A stretch of DNA of 64,000 nt from Candidatus Campbellbacteria bacterium (GCA_007117035.1 SKHG01000036.1:7595-71594), one strand, 5' to 3'; positions 37,604-47,819 are shown, counted from the stretch's first letter. Program-made: numbers and translations. The notes: generated from the sequence alone by a model not told the origin.

Positions 37604-40600
37604 ATGCGTCAATACGATCATAAAAGAGTTGAGAAAAAATGGCAAAAAAGCTGGCAGAAAAGTAATCTATACAAGACTAAGGAAAGTAAAAAGAAAAAGT
37701 TTTACTGCTTAGATATGTTCCCTTATCCTTCAGGTGAAGGTCTGCACGTAGGTCACCCTAAAGGATATATTGCTACTGATATTATTTCTAGATACAAACG
37801 TATGACCGGTCATGATGTCTTACACCCAATGGGATGGGATGCATTCGGTCTACCAGCTGAAAATTATGCAATTAAGAACAAGATACATCCTGAAATGGCT
37901 GTAAAAAATAACGTAAAAAGATTTAAAAATCAGGTCTCAATTTTAGGTTTTGACTACGATTGGTCTCGCGAGATAAACACAACAGACCCAGAGTATTACA
38001 AATGGACTCAGTGGACATTTTTGCAGATGTACAAAAAAGGTTTAGCTTACGAATCAAATGAGCCTATTAATTGGTGTCCAAGTTGTAAAACTGGTTTAGC
38101 TAACGAGGATCTGGAGGATGGTAAATGTGAGAGGTGTAACTCTGAGATAGAACAACGTCCTATTCGTCAGTGGGTTCTTTCAATTACTAAGTATGCAGAC
38201 CGGTTGCTGAAAGACCTTAGTGGTCTTGATTGGCCAGAACATATTAAAGAACTACAAAGAAACTGGATTGGTCGATCTGAGGGATCTTTTATAAACTTTC
38301 AAGTAGGGGAAAAACTTCATTTTATCTTATTACATGGATACAAAGGTTCACCTCAAAAGAATTTTTTCCCGTGGTTAAAACTAGAGTTGGAAAAACAAGG
38401 TCACACTGTCGAAGTCCCTAAATTACCTAAAGCTGATAACCCCGATGTTTTAAAACAGGCTGAGTTTGTTTTGGATAATTGTAGATTAAACAAAGACACA
38501 GTTATTTTAGGACACAGTCATGGTGGATCAGTAGCTATGAAGGTTGTTGAGTCATTGAAAACTCCAATCAAGAGGCTTGTCCTGGCGGCTTCGTTTTTGG
38601 AGCCGAAAAGAAAGTATCAGACTGATTTTAATTGGCAGTATAATTTTGAAAAAATTAAAAAAAATTCTCAAAGAGTTACTGTTTTAAAAAGTCTTAAAGA
38701 CAGTGTTGTTCCTCCATCTGAGTCTGATAAAATTTCGGAAGTAACAAGTGGTGATTTGGTTATTATTAATCCTGAAGAAAACCATATTTGTGGTAAGGTG
38801 GAACCTAAAATTTTTAACGAACTTTCAACGGAGATTAAGATTTTTACAACACGTCCTGACACGATATTTGGTGCCACATACCTTGTTTTATCACCAGAAC
38901 ATTCTATGTTGAAAAGTTTGTGGGATAGAATAAAAAATAAAAAAGAAGTTCAGGTATATATAGACCAAGCTAGAAAAAAAACAGAGCTACAACGCACAAC
39001 CGAGGCAAAAGAAAAAACTGGTGTAGAATTAAAGGGAATCTTTGCTGTAAATCCAGCTACTAAGAAGCAAATACCTGTTTGGATTGCCGATTATGTTCTG
39101 ATTGGATATGGAACAGGAGCTATTATGGCTGTTCCAGCTCACGACGAACGTGATTTTGAGTTTGCTAATAAATTTAAATTACCTGTAAAAAAAGTGATTG
39201 AACCAAAGTTTACTGCTCTCTCAGGTGATGATGCAGTCCGTAAGGGTTTAGACTTTATTAAAAGAGAAGCTGTGTGTGCTGTTGTAAGAGATCCTAAAAC
39301 TGATAAATATTTATGTATCAGCTGGAAGGGAATTAATATGAATGGTTTGGTAACTGGTGGACTTGATGATGGAGAAGATTTGGTGGATGCTGGCCGTCGT
39401 GAAGTCTTTGAGGAAACTGGATATAAAAACTTAAAATTAATTAATGATCCTGATATTGCAATCCATAGTCTCTTTTATCATCGAGTTAAAAAAGTTAACA
39501 GGTGGGCCAGATTTCGTTATGTATTTTTTGAATTAGAAGATTACAGTAGAGAAGATGTGGACGATGTTGAAGCTTCATTACATGAAGTTGTTTGGAAGAG
39601 TAAGGAAGAAATGTCTAACTTTTTTTCGGTTGTTGAGGGTAGGTTTCTATTGAAGATTCTGGAGAATTCAGAAAATATTTATTTAAACGACGGTGTTTTA
39701 ATAAATTCTGGAGAGTTTACAAACCTAGACTCAGAAACAGCTCGAAAGATAATAGTTGAGAAGATTAAGGGGGAATTTACTGTTACTTATAGGCTGAAAG
39801 ATTGGGTGTTTTCTAGACAGAGATATTGGGGTGAACCAATACCATTGGTCCATTGTGAAAAATGTGGCGTTGTTCCTGTACCAGAGAATGATCTACCTGT
39901 TAAGTTGCCAAAGGTTAAAGACTATGAGCCTACCGGTACAGGTGAGTCACCTCTAGCTAATATCTCTTCTTGGGTAAATACAAACTGTCCAAAATGTAAC
40001 GGACAGGCACGTCGTGAGACTAATACTATGCCACAGTGGGCTGGTTCGTCTTGGTATTATTTGCGATACATTGATCCTGAAAACAAAAAAAGTTTAGTGT
40101 CATTAAAAAAAGAAAATCGGTGGATGCCTGTAGATGTTTATGTTGGTGGAGTTGAACACGCTACTCGTCATTTAATATACGCTAGATTTTGGCATAAGTT
40201 TTTGTATGATATTAAATCTGTTAGTACACTTGAACCGTTCCAGAAACTTAAGAGTCAAGGAATGATAAGTGGTCCAGATGGTCGAAAGATGAGTAAACGT
40301 TTTGGTAATGTAATTAATCCAGACACGGTGGTCTCTAATTACGGGGCTGATTCATTGCGTCTTTATGAAATGTTTATGGGACCTTTTGAGCAAGGTGGTT
40401 CCTGGAGTGATAAAAACATTATGGGTGTTAGAAGGTTCTTGGAAAGAGTGTGGAAGATATCTGATAAGATTAGTAAAAGTGCAGTTACTGAGGAGGCTGA
40501 CGAAGTTTTACTAAACAAAACGATTAAACAGGTAACCAAATCCATAGAAGATTTTTCCTTCAATACAGTGATATCTGATTTAATGATTTTGTCCAACAGA

Positions 40601-40957
40601 TTCTGGGACAAAGAAAGTATTAAGTTAAAGGAGTATGAGTCCTTATTGATACTTTTGGCTCCATTCGCACCACATATTACAGAGGAGCTTTGGCAGATGA
40701 TTGGTAAGAAGAAAAGCATTCATGTTGCTAAATGGCCAAGCTTCAACCCAGATAAATTGAAGGATAAAAATGTTAGTATTGTGATTCAAGTTAACGGAAA
40801 AGTTCGCGCAAAAATAGTAGTCGAACAGGGTTCTCAAAAAGGAGAAATACTTGAAAAGGTTAAAAATTTACCAGAGATATTAAAATGGATTCCTACTGAA
40901 AATTTAATTAAAAAGGAAATTTTTATCCCTGATCGATTAATTAATTTTGTAATTTAG
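37604..40957 (+). CDS. leuS: Leucine--tRNA ligase with inserted alpha/beta-hydrolase and Nudix domains
   Basis: MFPYPSGEGLHVGH, TTRPDT, GTGAIMAVPAHDERD, SRQRYWG, KMSKR; inserts carry GHSHGG and a full Nudix box. Confidence 0.96.
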   Translation: MRQYDHKRVEKKWQKSWQKSNLYKTKESKKKKFYCLDMFPYPSGEGLHVGHPKGYIATDIISRYKRMTGHDVLHPMGWDAFGLPAENYAIKNKIHPEMAVKNNVKRFKNQVSILGFDYDWSREINTTDPEYYKWTQWTFLQMYKKGLAYESNEPINWCPSCKTGLANEDLEDGKCERCNSEIEQRPIRQWVLSITKYADRLLKDLSGLDWPEHIKELQRNWIGRSEGSFINFQVGEKLHFILLHGYKGSPQKNFFPWLKLELEKQGHTVEVPKLPKADNPDVLKQAEFVLDNCRLNKDTVILGHSHGGSVAMKVVESLKTPIKRLVLAASFLEPKRKYQTDFNWQYNFEKIKKNSQRVTVLKSLKDSVVPPSESDKISEVTSGDLVIINPEENHICGKVEPKIFNELSTEIKIFTTRPDTIFGATYLVLSPEHSMLKSLWDRIKNKKEVQVYIDQARKKTELQRTTEAKEKTGVELKGIFAVNPATKKQIPVWIADYVLIGYGTGAIMAVPAHDERDFEFANKFKLPVKKVIEPKFTALSGDDAVRKGLDFIKREAVCAVVRDPKTDKYLCISWKGINMNGLVTGGLDDGEDLVDAGRREVFEETGYKNLKLINDPDIAIHSLFYHRVKKVNRWARFRYVFFELEDYSREDVDDVEASLHEVVWKSKEEMSNFFSVVEGRFLLKILENSENIYLNDGVLINSGEFTNLDSETARKIIVEKIKGEFTVTYRLKDWVFSRQRYWGEPIPLVHCEKCGVVPVPENDLPVKLPKVKDYEPTGTGESPLANISSWVNTNCPKCNGQARRETNTMPQWAGSSWYYLRYIDPENKKSLVSLKKENRWMPVDVYVGGVEHATRHLIYARFWHKFLYDIKSVSTLEPFQKLKSQGMISGPDGRKMSKRFGNVINPDTVVSNYGADSLRLYEMFMGPFEQGGSWSDKNIMGVRRFLERVWKISDKISKSAVTEEADEVLLNKTIKQVTKSIEDFSFNTVISDLMILSNRFWDKESIKLKEYESLLILLAPFAPHITEELWQMIGKKKSIHVAKWPSFNPDKLKDKNVSIVIQVNGKVRAKIVVEQGSQKGEILEKVKNLPEILKWIPTENLIKKEIFIPDRLINFVI

Positions 40958-41038
40958 GGTTTTTTACAAATTAGTTTTGACTAATTATGATAATAGTGCT
41001 ATAACTACTGTATAGAAAAAATTGAAAAAGGAATAACT

Positions 41039-42121
41039 ATGCCAACAAAAAATAAAACAAAAAGTCAGGTAAAGGTGAGTGGTCAGCAGATGGCTATTAT
41101 TGCCTTTAAACCAAAAAAAGTTACCAAAGATTTGCTTTCTGTTCTTTCAGACAAAGCAAGGGATATTATAATTGCACGTTACGGTTTAGGTACTACTGTT
41201 AAAAAAGAGACTCTAGAATTAATTGGTAAAAAATACGGAATTACAAGAGAGAGGGTTCGTCAAATCGAAAACCACTCCCTAGAGTATATTCGTCGTTCTG
41301 AAGTGACTCTTAAAAATAGTAATATATTTGATGAGATTAAAGATGTTATTAAGAAACTTGGAGGAATGGTATCTGAAAAGGATCTTTTGAATAGTATCTC
41401 TAATAAATCTGATATTCAAAACCATATTCATTTTCTCTTAGTTATTGGTGATTACTTTATAAAAAGACGGGAAGACCAAGATTTTCACCATAGATGGCAT
41501 ATAGATGAAGATCTTTCTGGCCAGATTCATATTTCACTACAAAATTTATACCAAAGTCTGTCTGATGATGACTTAATCTCAGAACCTGATATGATTAAGT
41601 TGTTTTTAGAGGATCTAAAAGGTGTCTCAGAAGAATATCGTCAAGATGAAATTGTTCGTAGATGGCTTTCTTTGTCAAAAAAACTTGGAAAGAATCCTTT
41701 GGGTGAATGGGGAAAATCACAGTCGCCAAATGTTAAGGCAAAAGGTATTCGTGACTATGCTTTCTTGATAATGAGAAAACACGGAACACCAATTCATTTT
41801 AGAGATATTGCTAAATCAATCGAAAAAGTTTTTAACAAAAAAGCTCACGTTGCTACTACACACAATGAGTTGATTAAGGACCCAAGGTTTATTTTGGTGG
41901 GCCGAGGTCTTTATGCATTAAATGAATGGGGTTTTTCTGGTGGAGTGGTTAAGGATGTTATCCGTGATGTTTTATTAGAACATGGTCCACTTACAAAAAA
42001 AGAGATTATTGAAATTGTTTTGAAGAAAAGATTTGTAAAAGAAAACACTGTATTAGTTAACCTCCAAAATCCTGCTTATTTCCGTAAGGACAAGCAAGGG
42101 AAATATTCTGTGGTACAATAG
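41039..42121 (+). CDS. Sigma70 region-4 HTH protein with C-terminal winged-helix (HARE-HTH/RpoE-delta-like) domains
   Basis: TLELIGKKYGITRERVRQIE; PIHFRDIA...FILVGRGLYALNEW; no sigma region 2. Confidence 0.75.
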   Translation: MPTKNKTKSQVKVSGQQMAIIAFKPKKVTKDLLSVLSDKARDIIIARYGLGTTVKKETLELIGKKYGITRERVRQIENHSLEYIRRSEVTLKNSNIFDEIKDVIKKLGGMVSEKDLLNSISNKSDIQNHIHFLLVIGDYFIKRREDQDFHHRWHIDEDLSGQIHISLQNLYQSLSDDDLISEPDMIKLFLEDLKGVSEEYRQDEIVRRWLSLSKKLGKNPLGEWGKSQSPNVKAKGIRDYAFLIMRKHGTPIHFRDIAKSIEKVFNKKAHVATTHNELIKDPRFILVGRGLYALNEWGFSGGVVKDVIRDVLLEHGPLTKKEIIEIVLKKRFVKENTVLVNLQNPAYFRKDKQGKYSVVQ

Positions 42122-42141
42122 GAGGTGTAAGAAATTACACC

Positions 42142-43380
42142 ATGATCGAAAGTTTTTTAATTGAAAAATTTGGCGAAGGAGCTATTTTAGCTTATCAAGT
42201 GTTTTATATTTTATTGGCTATTTTAGTTCCTTCAATGTTACTTTTTTTTGCGTGGCGTTTTCGTCTAGCTTATTTAAAAAATGTTTTTTTTCGTAAAGAA
42301 GGTTGGACGCTTTTAGAGATACATATCCCAGAAGAAATAAAGAAGACTCCTCAGGCTATGGAAATGGTTTTGGAGTCTATGAATGTTGGTAGTGGAGAAA
42401 GTAACTTTATTATGCGTCTGTGGCACGGTATGACACGTCCTTGGTTTTCTCTAGAAATAGTTTCGTTTGAAGGACGAATAAGTTTTTTTATATGGACTCG
42501 AAAGCGTTGGAAAGCAGGTGTTGTTGCGGCAATCTATTCACAGTACCCCACAGTTGAGATTAACGAAGTTGATGACTACACCAAACAACTACCGACTGAT
42601 TTAGAAAAATATATCGTCTGGGGTTCAGAGATGGATCTTAAAAAGCCAGATCCTTATCCAATAAAGACATACAAGTATTATGAAATGGATAAAGATCAAG
42701 ATGAAGACCTGCAACCAAAGACAGACCCGTTGAGTTCTTTTATAGAAGCGCTTGGAAGCATTGGTCCGGGTGAGTATTTCTGTTTTCAGATTATAATAAG
42801 GAAACATAAAAAAGAAAAAAAGGTACAAGGTAGTTTGTTTAAAAAACAGAGCTGGCGTGAGGAAGGAAAAGAGATTGTTAAAAAATTAAAGACTGGTGAT
42901 CAGGTTAAGTCTGTTGGTGAGGATAATCAACCGATTATTATGCTTTCTAATATGGAACGAAGTTTTATTGAATCAATGGAAAGAAACCTCAGTAAACACG
43001 CTTTTGATTGTGGAATGAGAATTTTGTACATTACTGAAAAAAATTCCTTTGATGTGACTAGGCTTTCTACCATTCCTGGAGCATTAGGGCAGTTTGGAGA
43101 TGAAATACATAATTCTTTTGATAAAGCTCGAGGGCATGATCCTATGAACTGGTTTTGGCAGGATGTTGATAGAATACGAGGAGCAAGAATATCTAAAAGA
43201 ATATTTGATGCCTATAGATTTCGTGCATATTTTCATATGCCATACATATCTCCGCACTTTACGTTAAGCGCTGAAGAAGTGGCGTCTGTATTTCATTTTC
43301 CTGGAAAAGTGGTCACAACTCCAACTTTTGAGAGAATACGATCTAAAAAAGCTGAGGCTCCTGTAAACATTCCTCAGTAG
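42142..43380 (+). CDS. Membrane-anchored conserved hypothetical protein
   Basis: N-terminal TM; LLEIHIP, WFSLEI, YSQYP, YPIKTY and EEVASVFHFP recall a module seen with CPR DUF87/VirD4-like ATPases; no Walker A here. Confidence 0.6.
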   Translation: MIESFLIEKFGEGAILAYQVFYILLAILVPSMLLFFAWRFRLAYLKNVFFRKEGWTLLEIHIPEEIKKTPQAMEMVLESMNVGSGESNFIMRLWHGMTRPWFSLEIVSFEGRISFFIWTRKRWKAGVVAAIYSQYPTVEINEVDDYTKQLPTDLEKYIVWGSEMDLKKPDPYPIKTYKYYEMDKDQDEDLQPKTDPLSSFIEALGSIGPGEYFCFQIIIRKHKKEKKVQGSLFKKQSWREEGKEIVKKLKTGDQVKSVGEDNQPIIMLSNMERSFIESMERNLSKHAFDCGMRILYITEKNSFDVTRLSTIPGALGQFGDEIHNSFDKARGHDPMNWFWQDVDRIRGARISKRIFDAYRFRAYFHMPYISPHFTLSAEEVASVFHFPGKVVTTPTFERIRSKKAEAPVNIPQ

Positions 43381-43393
43381 GTAATTGTTCAGT

Positions 43394-44362
43394 ATGTATA
43401 AATTAAAAGAGAAGATTAAATTAATTTTAACCGTTGTTATAGTATTTGTTACGCTTACTGTATTAGGAACAGTTATTTTTTTAATTTTTTCTTTACCACC
43501 AAAAGATTTTCCTTCAGACACTCTGATTACGATTGAAAAAGGTGACACATTGTCTGATATTTCAGAGAAACTTCATAATGAAGGTTATATTAAATCACAG
43601 TTAATTTTTAGGAACCTTGTGATTTTGATGAAAGGTGAGCGTTCAATCAATGCTGGTGACTATTATTTTTCAGGACCTGAATCTGTATTCTCAGTATCAT
43701 TTCGTTTTAGTTCTGCTCGTCATGGTTTAGACCCTGTAAGAGTTATAATTTTTGAGGGTTGGAACATTTTTCGGATTGCTGAGGAACTCGACAGAAATTT
43801 TGATAATATAAAATTTGACGAAGTAATAGAATTTGGTAGAGAAGGATATCTTTTTCCTGACACATATTTTATAACGCCAAACATTGATTCATTAAGAATG
43901 GTTGAGTTAATGGAAAGAAACTTCCAAAATAGAATTGAACCGCTACTGGACGAAATCGAAAACTCACCTCGTACTCTTGAAGAAATTTTGATTATGGCTT
44001 CAATTTTGGAGACTGAAGCAAACACAGTTGAGTCAAAGAGAAAGATAGCAGATATTTTGTGGAAGAGATTTGATATTGGTATGCCACTACAAGTTGATGC
44101 ATCATTTTCATACGTTAATAATAAAAATACTTATCAACTAACACTAGATGATCTAAAAATTGAACACCCGTACAACACTTATCGTAATGTTGGTTTGCCA
44201 CCGACCCCGATTTCAAATCCTGGACTGGATTCTATAAAAGCTGCAATCGACCCAATAGAGAATGATTATTGGTACTTCCTTTCAGATCTTTCGGGTAATA
44301 TGTACTACGCTCGAGATTTTGATGAACATCAATACAACAGAGTTAACTTTCTAAGGCAATAG
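43394..44362 (+). CDS. mltG: Endolytic transglycosylase MltG
   Basis: EGYLFPDTY, MASILETEA, PLQVDAS, YNTYRNVGLPPTPISNPG. Confidence 0.95.
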   Translation: MYKLKEKIKLILTVVIVFVTLTVLGTVIFLIFSLPPKDFPSDTLITIEKGDTLSDISEKLHNEGYIKSQLIFRNLVILMKGERSINAGDYYFSGPESVFSVSFRFSSARHGLDPVRVIIFEGWNIFRIAEELDRNFDNIKFDEVIEFGREGYLFPDTYFITPNIDSLRMVELMERNFQNRIEPLLDEIENSPRTLEEILIMASILETEANTVESKRKIADILWKRFDIGMPLQVDASFSYVNNKNTYQLTLDDLKIEHPYNTYRNVGLPPTPISNPGLDSIKAAIDPIENDYWYFLSDLSGNMYYARDFDEHQYNRVNFLRQ

Positions 44363-44381
44363 ATTTTTTTGATAGGTTTTT

Positions 44382-45467
44382 ATGGTGGATACAGATAAAA
44401 AAAAGGTTTGGGTTGCAATGTCTGGTGGTGTTGATTCTTCAGTTACAGCATGGTTGTTGCAAAAAAAAGGTTATGATGTAACCGGTGCTTTTATTGAAAC
44501 ATGGCAACCTGATTTTATTGAATGTACAGCTAGGGACGACCGAAGAGATGCGATGAGAGTTGCGAGTGAACTTGGAATTGAACTAAAAGTTGTTGATTGT
44601 CGTCAGGAGTACAAAAAAAATGTAGTAGATTATATGGTAGAAGAGTATCGTCGAGGGAGAGTACCTAATCCAGATGTGATGTGTAATAGCTATGTTAAAT
44701 TCGGCGCTTTTTTTGAAAGAGCTATGTATGAAGGAGCTGGTATGGTTGCAACTGGGCACTATGTTCAGAATAATGAGAATGAAAAAAAAGAGTTTTTTTT
44801 AAGTAGGGGAGTTGATCGTGAAAAAGACCAAAGTTATTTTCTTTGGAACATACCCTCAAAAATTTTACCGAGTTTGCTTTTTCCGGTTGGTGGATTTAAT
44901 AAAAATGAAATACGTCAAATAGCTAAAGAGGCAGGTCTTTCAAATGCTGGAAAAAAAGATAGTCAGGGAATATGTTTTTTGGGTAAGACTGATTTAAAAA
45001 AGTTTCTTTCACACTATATTAAACCTAAGACCGGAGATGTTTTAGATGAGTCTGGTGAGTTAATTGGTAAACACCAAGGTGTCTGGTTTTATACCATAGG
45101 TGAGCGTAGAGGTTTTGAGGTATCAAAAAAAACTCCTTCTAGTGGACCCTTCTATATCTTAGATAAGGATTTAGAAAATAACACCTTGACTGTAACAGAA
45201 AATAAAAAAAATCTTTCTTTGTCTCAAAAGGTGTCAGCTAGTAACTGTAATTGGTTTCTGCCTATAGAAGAAGGTTGTGAGTATGATTTACAAGTTAGAT
45301 ATCGAGAAAGAACTTATCGAGCAGTTCTTGCAGAAAAAAATACAGAAAATTTTATTTTTGAATTCACTACAGAAAGACCGCAATTAGTTCCTGGGCAGTC
45401 ACTCGTTGTTTATGATCGAGAGGTTTGTGTTGGAGGAGGTGTTATAGATAATAAGTTACCTTTGTAG
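44382..45467 (+). CDS. mnmA: tRNA 2-thiouridine synthase MnmA
   Basis: SGGVDS, PNPDVMCN, ATGHY, KDQSYFL, DSQGICF. Confidence 0.96.
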   Translation: MVDTDKKKVWVAMSGGVDSSVTAWLLQKKGYDVTGAFIETWQPDFIECTARDDRRDAMRVASELGIELKVVDCRQEYKKNVVDYMVEEYRRGRVPNPDVMCNSYVKFGAFFERAMYEGAGMVATGHYVQNNENEKKEFFLSRGVDREKDQSYFLWNIPSKILPSLLFPVGGFNKNEIRQIAKEAGLSNAGKKDSQGICFLGKTDLKKFLSHYIKPKTGDVLDESGELIGKHQGVWFYTIGERRGFEVSKKTPSSGPFYILDKDLENNTLTVTENKKNLSLSQKVSASNCNWFLPIEEGCEYDLQVRYRERTYRAVLAEKNTENFIFEFTTERPQLVPGQSLVVYDREVCVGGGVIDNKLPL

Positions 45468-45510
45468 TGAATTTTTTTATGATAGAATATACTGGTTAAA
45501 ATAAAAAATT

Positions 45511-46359
45511 ATGAATAAATTTAGTAATATAGATGTAATAAAGGCAAGTGGTCTAGTTGAGGAATTTAAAATTGAAAAACTTGAGAATTCTTTAAGAAAC
45601 TCAGGTGCATCAGAGAGTGACATATCTGAGGTTGTTGAGGATATTGAAGGGATTTTACGACCAAGGATCAGTACTCGTGAAATTTATCGTGAAGCGTATA
45701 GGTTTTTAAGAGAAAGACATAAAAATACTGCGTATAACTACTCCTTGCGTGGAGCAGTTATTGATCTCGGGCCAACAGGTTATCCCTTCGAGGATTTAGT
45801 TGCTGGTGTTTTAAGGACTATTGGGTACAAGACTGAGGTTCGTTTAATGATGTCTGGAAAATGCATATCACATGAGGTTGATGTCTACGCATATAAGGAA
45901 AATTCACCAGAAGCATTTATTGTTGAAGCAAAGTTTCATAATGATCAAGGTACTAGAAGCGGTCTACAAGACAGTTTATCGGCTAAAGCTCGTTTTGATG
46001 ATGTGTCTGGTGGAGACCATCATAATTTTTCAGGATATTTACCAAAACAAATGTGGTTGGTAACTAACACTAAGTTTAGTCACACAGCACTTGAGTATGG
46101 AAAATGTGCTGGATTAAAAATGATTGGCTGGAACTATCCTAAAGTTGGAAATCTGCAAAATCTTATAGAAGAAAATAAACTACATCCGATTACTGCACTT
46201 AATACATTAAGTAATTCTCAAAAACAAAATATTCTCAAAAAAGGTGTGGTGTTCTGTCGCGACCTTAAGAAAAACTTTGGTCTTTTTGAGGAGTATGGAA
46301 TTCATAAAACAAAACAGAAAGATGTTTATGAGGAGTTAGAAAAAATAACTGGAATTTAG
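45511..46359 (+). CDS. ATP-cone domain fused to an Mrr-like PD-(D/E)xK nuclease domain
   Basis: VIKASGLVEEFKIEKLENSL (ATP cone); GPTGYPFE, HEVDV, VEAKFH, LVTNTKFS. Confidence 0.82.
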   Translation: MNKFSNIDVIKASGLVEEFKIEKLENSLRNSGASESDISEVVEDIEGILRPRISTREIYREAYRFLRERHKNTAYNYSLRGAVIDLGPTGYPFEDLVAGVLRTIGYKTEVRLMMSGKCISHEVDVYAYKENSPEAFIVEAKFHNDQGTRSGLQDSLSAKARFDDVSGGDHHNFSGYLPKQMWLVTNTKFSHTALEYGKCAGLKMIGWNYPKVGNLQNLIEENKLHPITALNTLSNSQKQNILKKGVVFCRDLKKNFGLFEEYGIHKTKQKDVYEELEKITGI

Positions 46360-46425
46360 GTTTGTTTTTTTTGTAAATTAAAGTAGAATGAAAAAAAGTG
46401 TTTATAAGTTTATTTTAAGATTAAT

Positions 46426-47040
46426 ATGAAAAACTATAGTAAAGCGAATAAAAATAGAGGTACAGCTGATTCTAATAATGGAAACAATAAAACTATATGG
46501 ATAGTTAGTATTTTAATCATTATTGGCTTGTTGTTTATCTTTAATCGAGGACAAGAGACTACCACTGATGATGTAATTGATGAGATTGATGTGGATGAAA
46601 ATGGTTCTGAGATAGATAACGAGCTATCTGAAGACGTTGTTGAGACACCTATAGTTATTTCCAACGGAGAAGAAATTGACGTTCTAGATCAGACTGCTGG
46701 AGAAGTTGTGATAATAAACTCTATATCATTTCCTGAATCAAGATGGGTTGTTATACACGAAGAATTGGACGGTAAACCTGGAGCAATTTTAGGCGCTAGA
46801 CTTTTTAATCAGGAACAAACAGAAGGTCAAGTTAACTTACTTCGTGACACTGTCCCTGGACAAAGTTACTACGCACTGGTTTATCACCTAGCTGAAAGAG
46901 AAGAAGAGCAAGGACGAGTGTTTGATCGTAATCGAGACGTTCCTCTAATTGATGAGAGTGGAGAGGTATTAGTTTTTAAGTTCCAAACTTTTTCTGAATC
47001 TGAAACAGATCAAGACCAGAATGACTCTGACACAGAATAA
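46426..47040 (+). CDS. Membrane-anchored acidic hypothetical protein
   Basis: TM, D/E-rich linker, then DQTAG...WVVIHE...PGAILG beta domain. Confidence 0.65.
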   Translation: MKNYSKANKNRGTADSNNGNNKTIWIVSILIIIGLLFIFNRGQETTTDDVIDEIDVDENGSEIDNELSEDVVETPIVISNGEEIDVLDQTAGEVVIINSISFPESRWVVIHEELDGKPGAILGARLFNQEQTEGQVNLLRDTVPGQSYYALVYHLAEREEEQGRVFDRNRDVPLIDESGEVLVFKFQTFSESETDQDQNDSDTE

Positions 47041-47174
47041 AGGAACTTCCTGTATTTATTTAAAAGTAGGTATCCTTCTTGAAACAGATTGTGTTTGTTA
47101 TGTTCTGTGCTATGGGTTATAAGGCATAACAATACTAAAGTCATTTAATACGAAGGTGTAATTTTAGAAATTAT

Positions 47175-47819
47175 ATGTTGGAAAACAATCAACAGCTTCT
47201 AGAGCATCTTATACACAACACTCGAGTAGTCGAGGAGTCTTCTAACCTTGCAAAAGCTTTTAGTTTAATTAATCGTCGATATTTTGTTCCGCCAGATTAT
47301 GAAGCTGAGGCATACGAAGACTATTCCTTACCAATCGGTAACGGGCAGACTATTTCTCAACCTACAACAGTAGGTTTAATGCTTTCGTTGTTGGATCCCA
47401 GAAAAGGGGAAAGAGTGCTTGATGTTGGTTTTGGATCTGGATGGACATCTGCCATATTAGGAGCTTCGGTTGGCAAAGAAGGTGAGGTTGTTGGAATTGA
47501 TGTCTTTGATGATTTTTTGGAGGCTGGACCAGTTCATCTTGAGAAATATAAGGATAAAGTAGCACCAACATTTTTTTACTCAGCCAGTGATAAGAAAAAT
47601 ATATTTAGCAGGTCATACGACAAAATCTTAATCAACGCATCGGTGGTAAACGAGGTACCCAAAGAATTTAAGAAAGCCTTAAAAGAAGGTGGTATGTTGG
47701 TCGCTCCGATTGATGATAAGTTATGCCTTTTTCGACTTCAAAATAAAAAGCTGAAGCAAGAAAAGTGTCTTGAAGGATTTTCTTTTGTGCCATATATTTA
47801 TGAACAACCTCAAAAATAG
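47175..47819 (+). CDS. pcm: Protein-L-isoaspartate O-methyltransferase
   Basis: AYEDYSLPIGNGQTISQP, VLDVGFGSGW. Confidence 0.9.
   Translation: MLENNQQLLEHLIHNTRVVEESSNLAKAFSLINRRYFVPPDYEAEAYEDYSLPIGNGQTISQPTTVGLMLSLLDPRKGERVLDVGFGSGWTSAILGASVGKEGEVVGIDVFDDFLEAGPVHLEKYKDKVAPTFFYSASDKKNIFSRSYDKILINASVVNEVPKEFKKALKEGGMLVAPIDDKLCLFRLQNKKLKQEKCLEGFSFVPYIYEQPQK

Noticed and set aside
38310-39680. LeuRS insertions as inteins or introns
   Set aside because: No Cys/Ser start with His-Asn end and no homing-endonuclease motifs; the frame is continuous and the inserts are recognisable enzymes
47112-47129. uORF MGYKA after a TGnTATGTT box upstream of pcm
   Set aside because: Very short, weak hairpin, no terminator; compatible with chance
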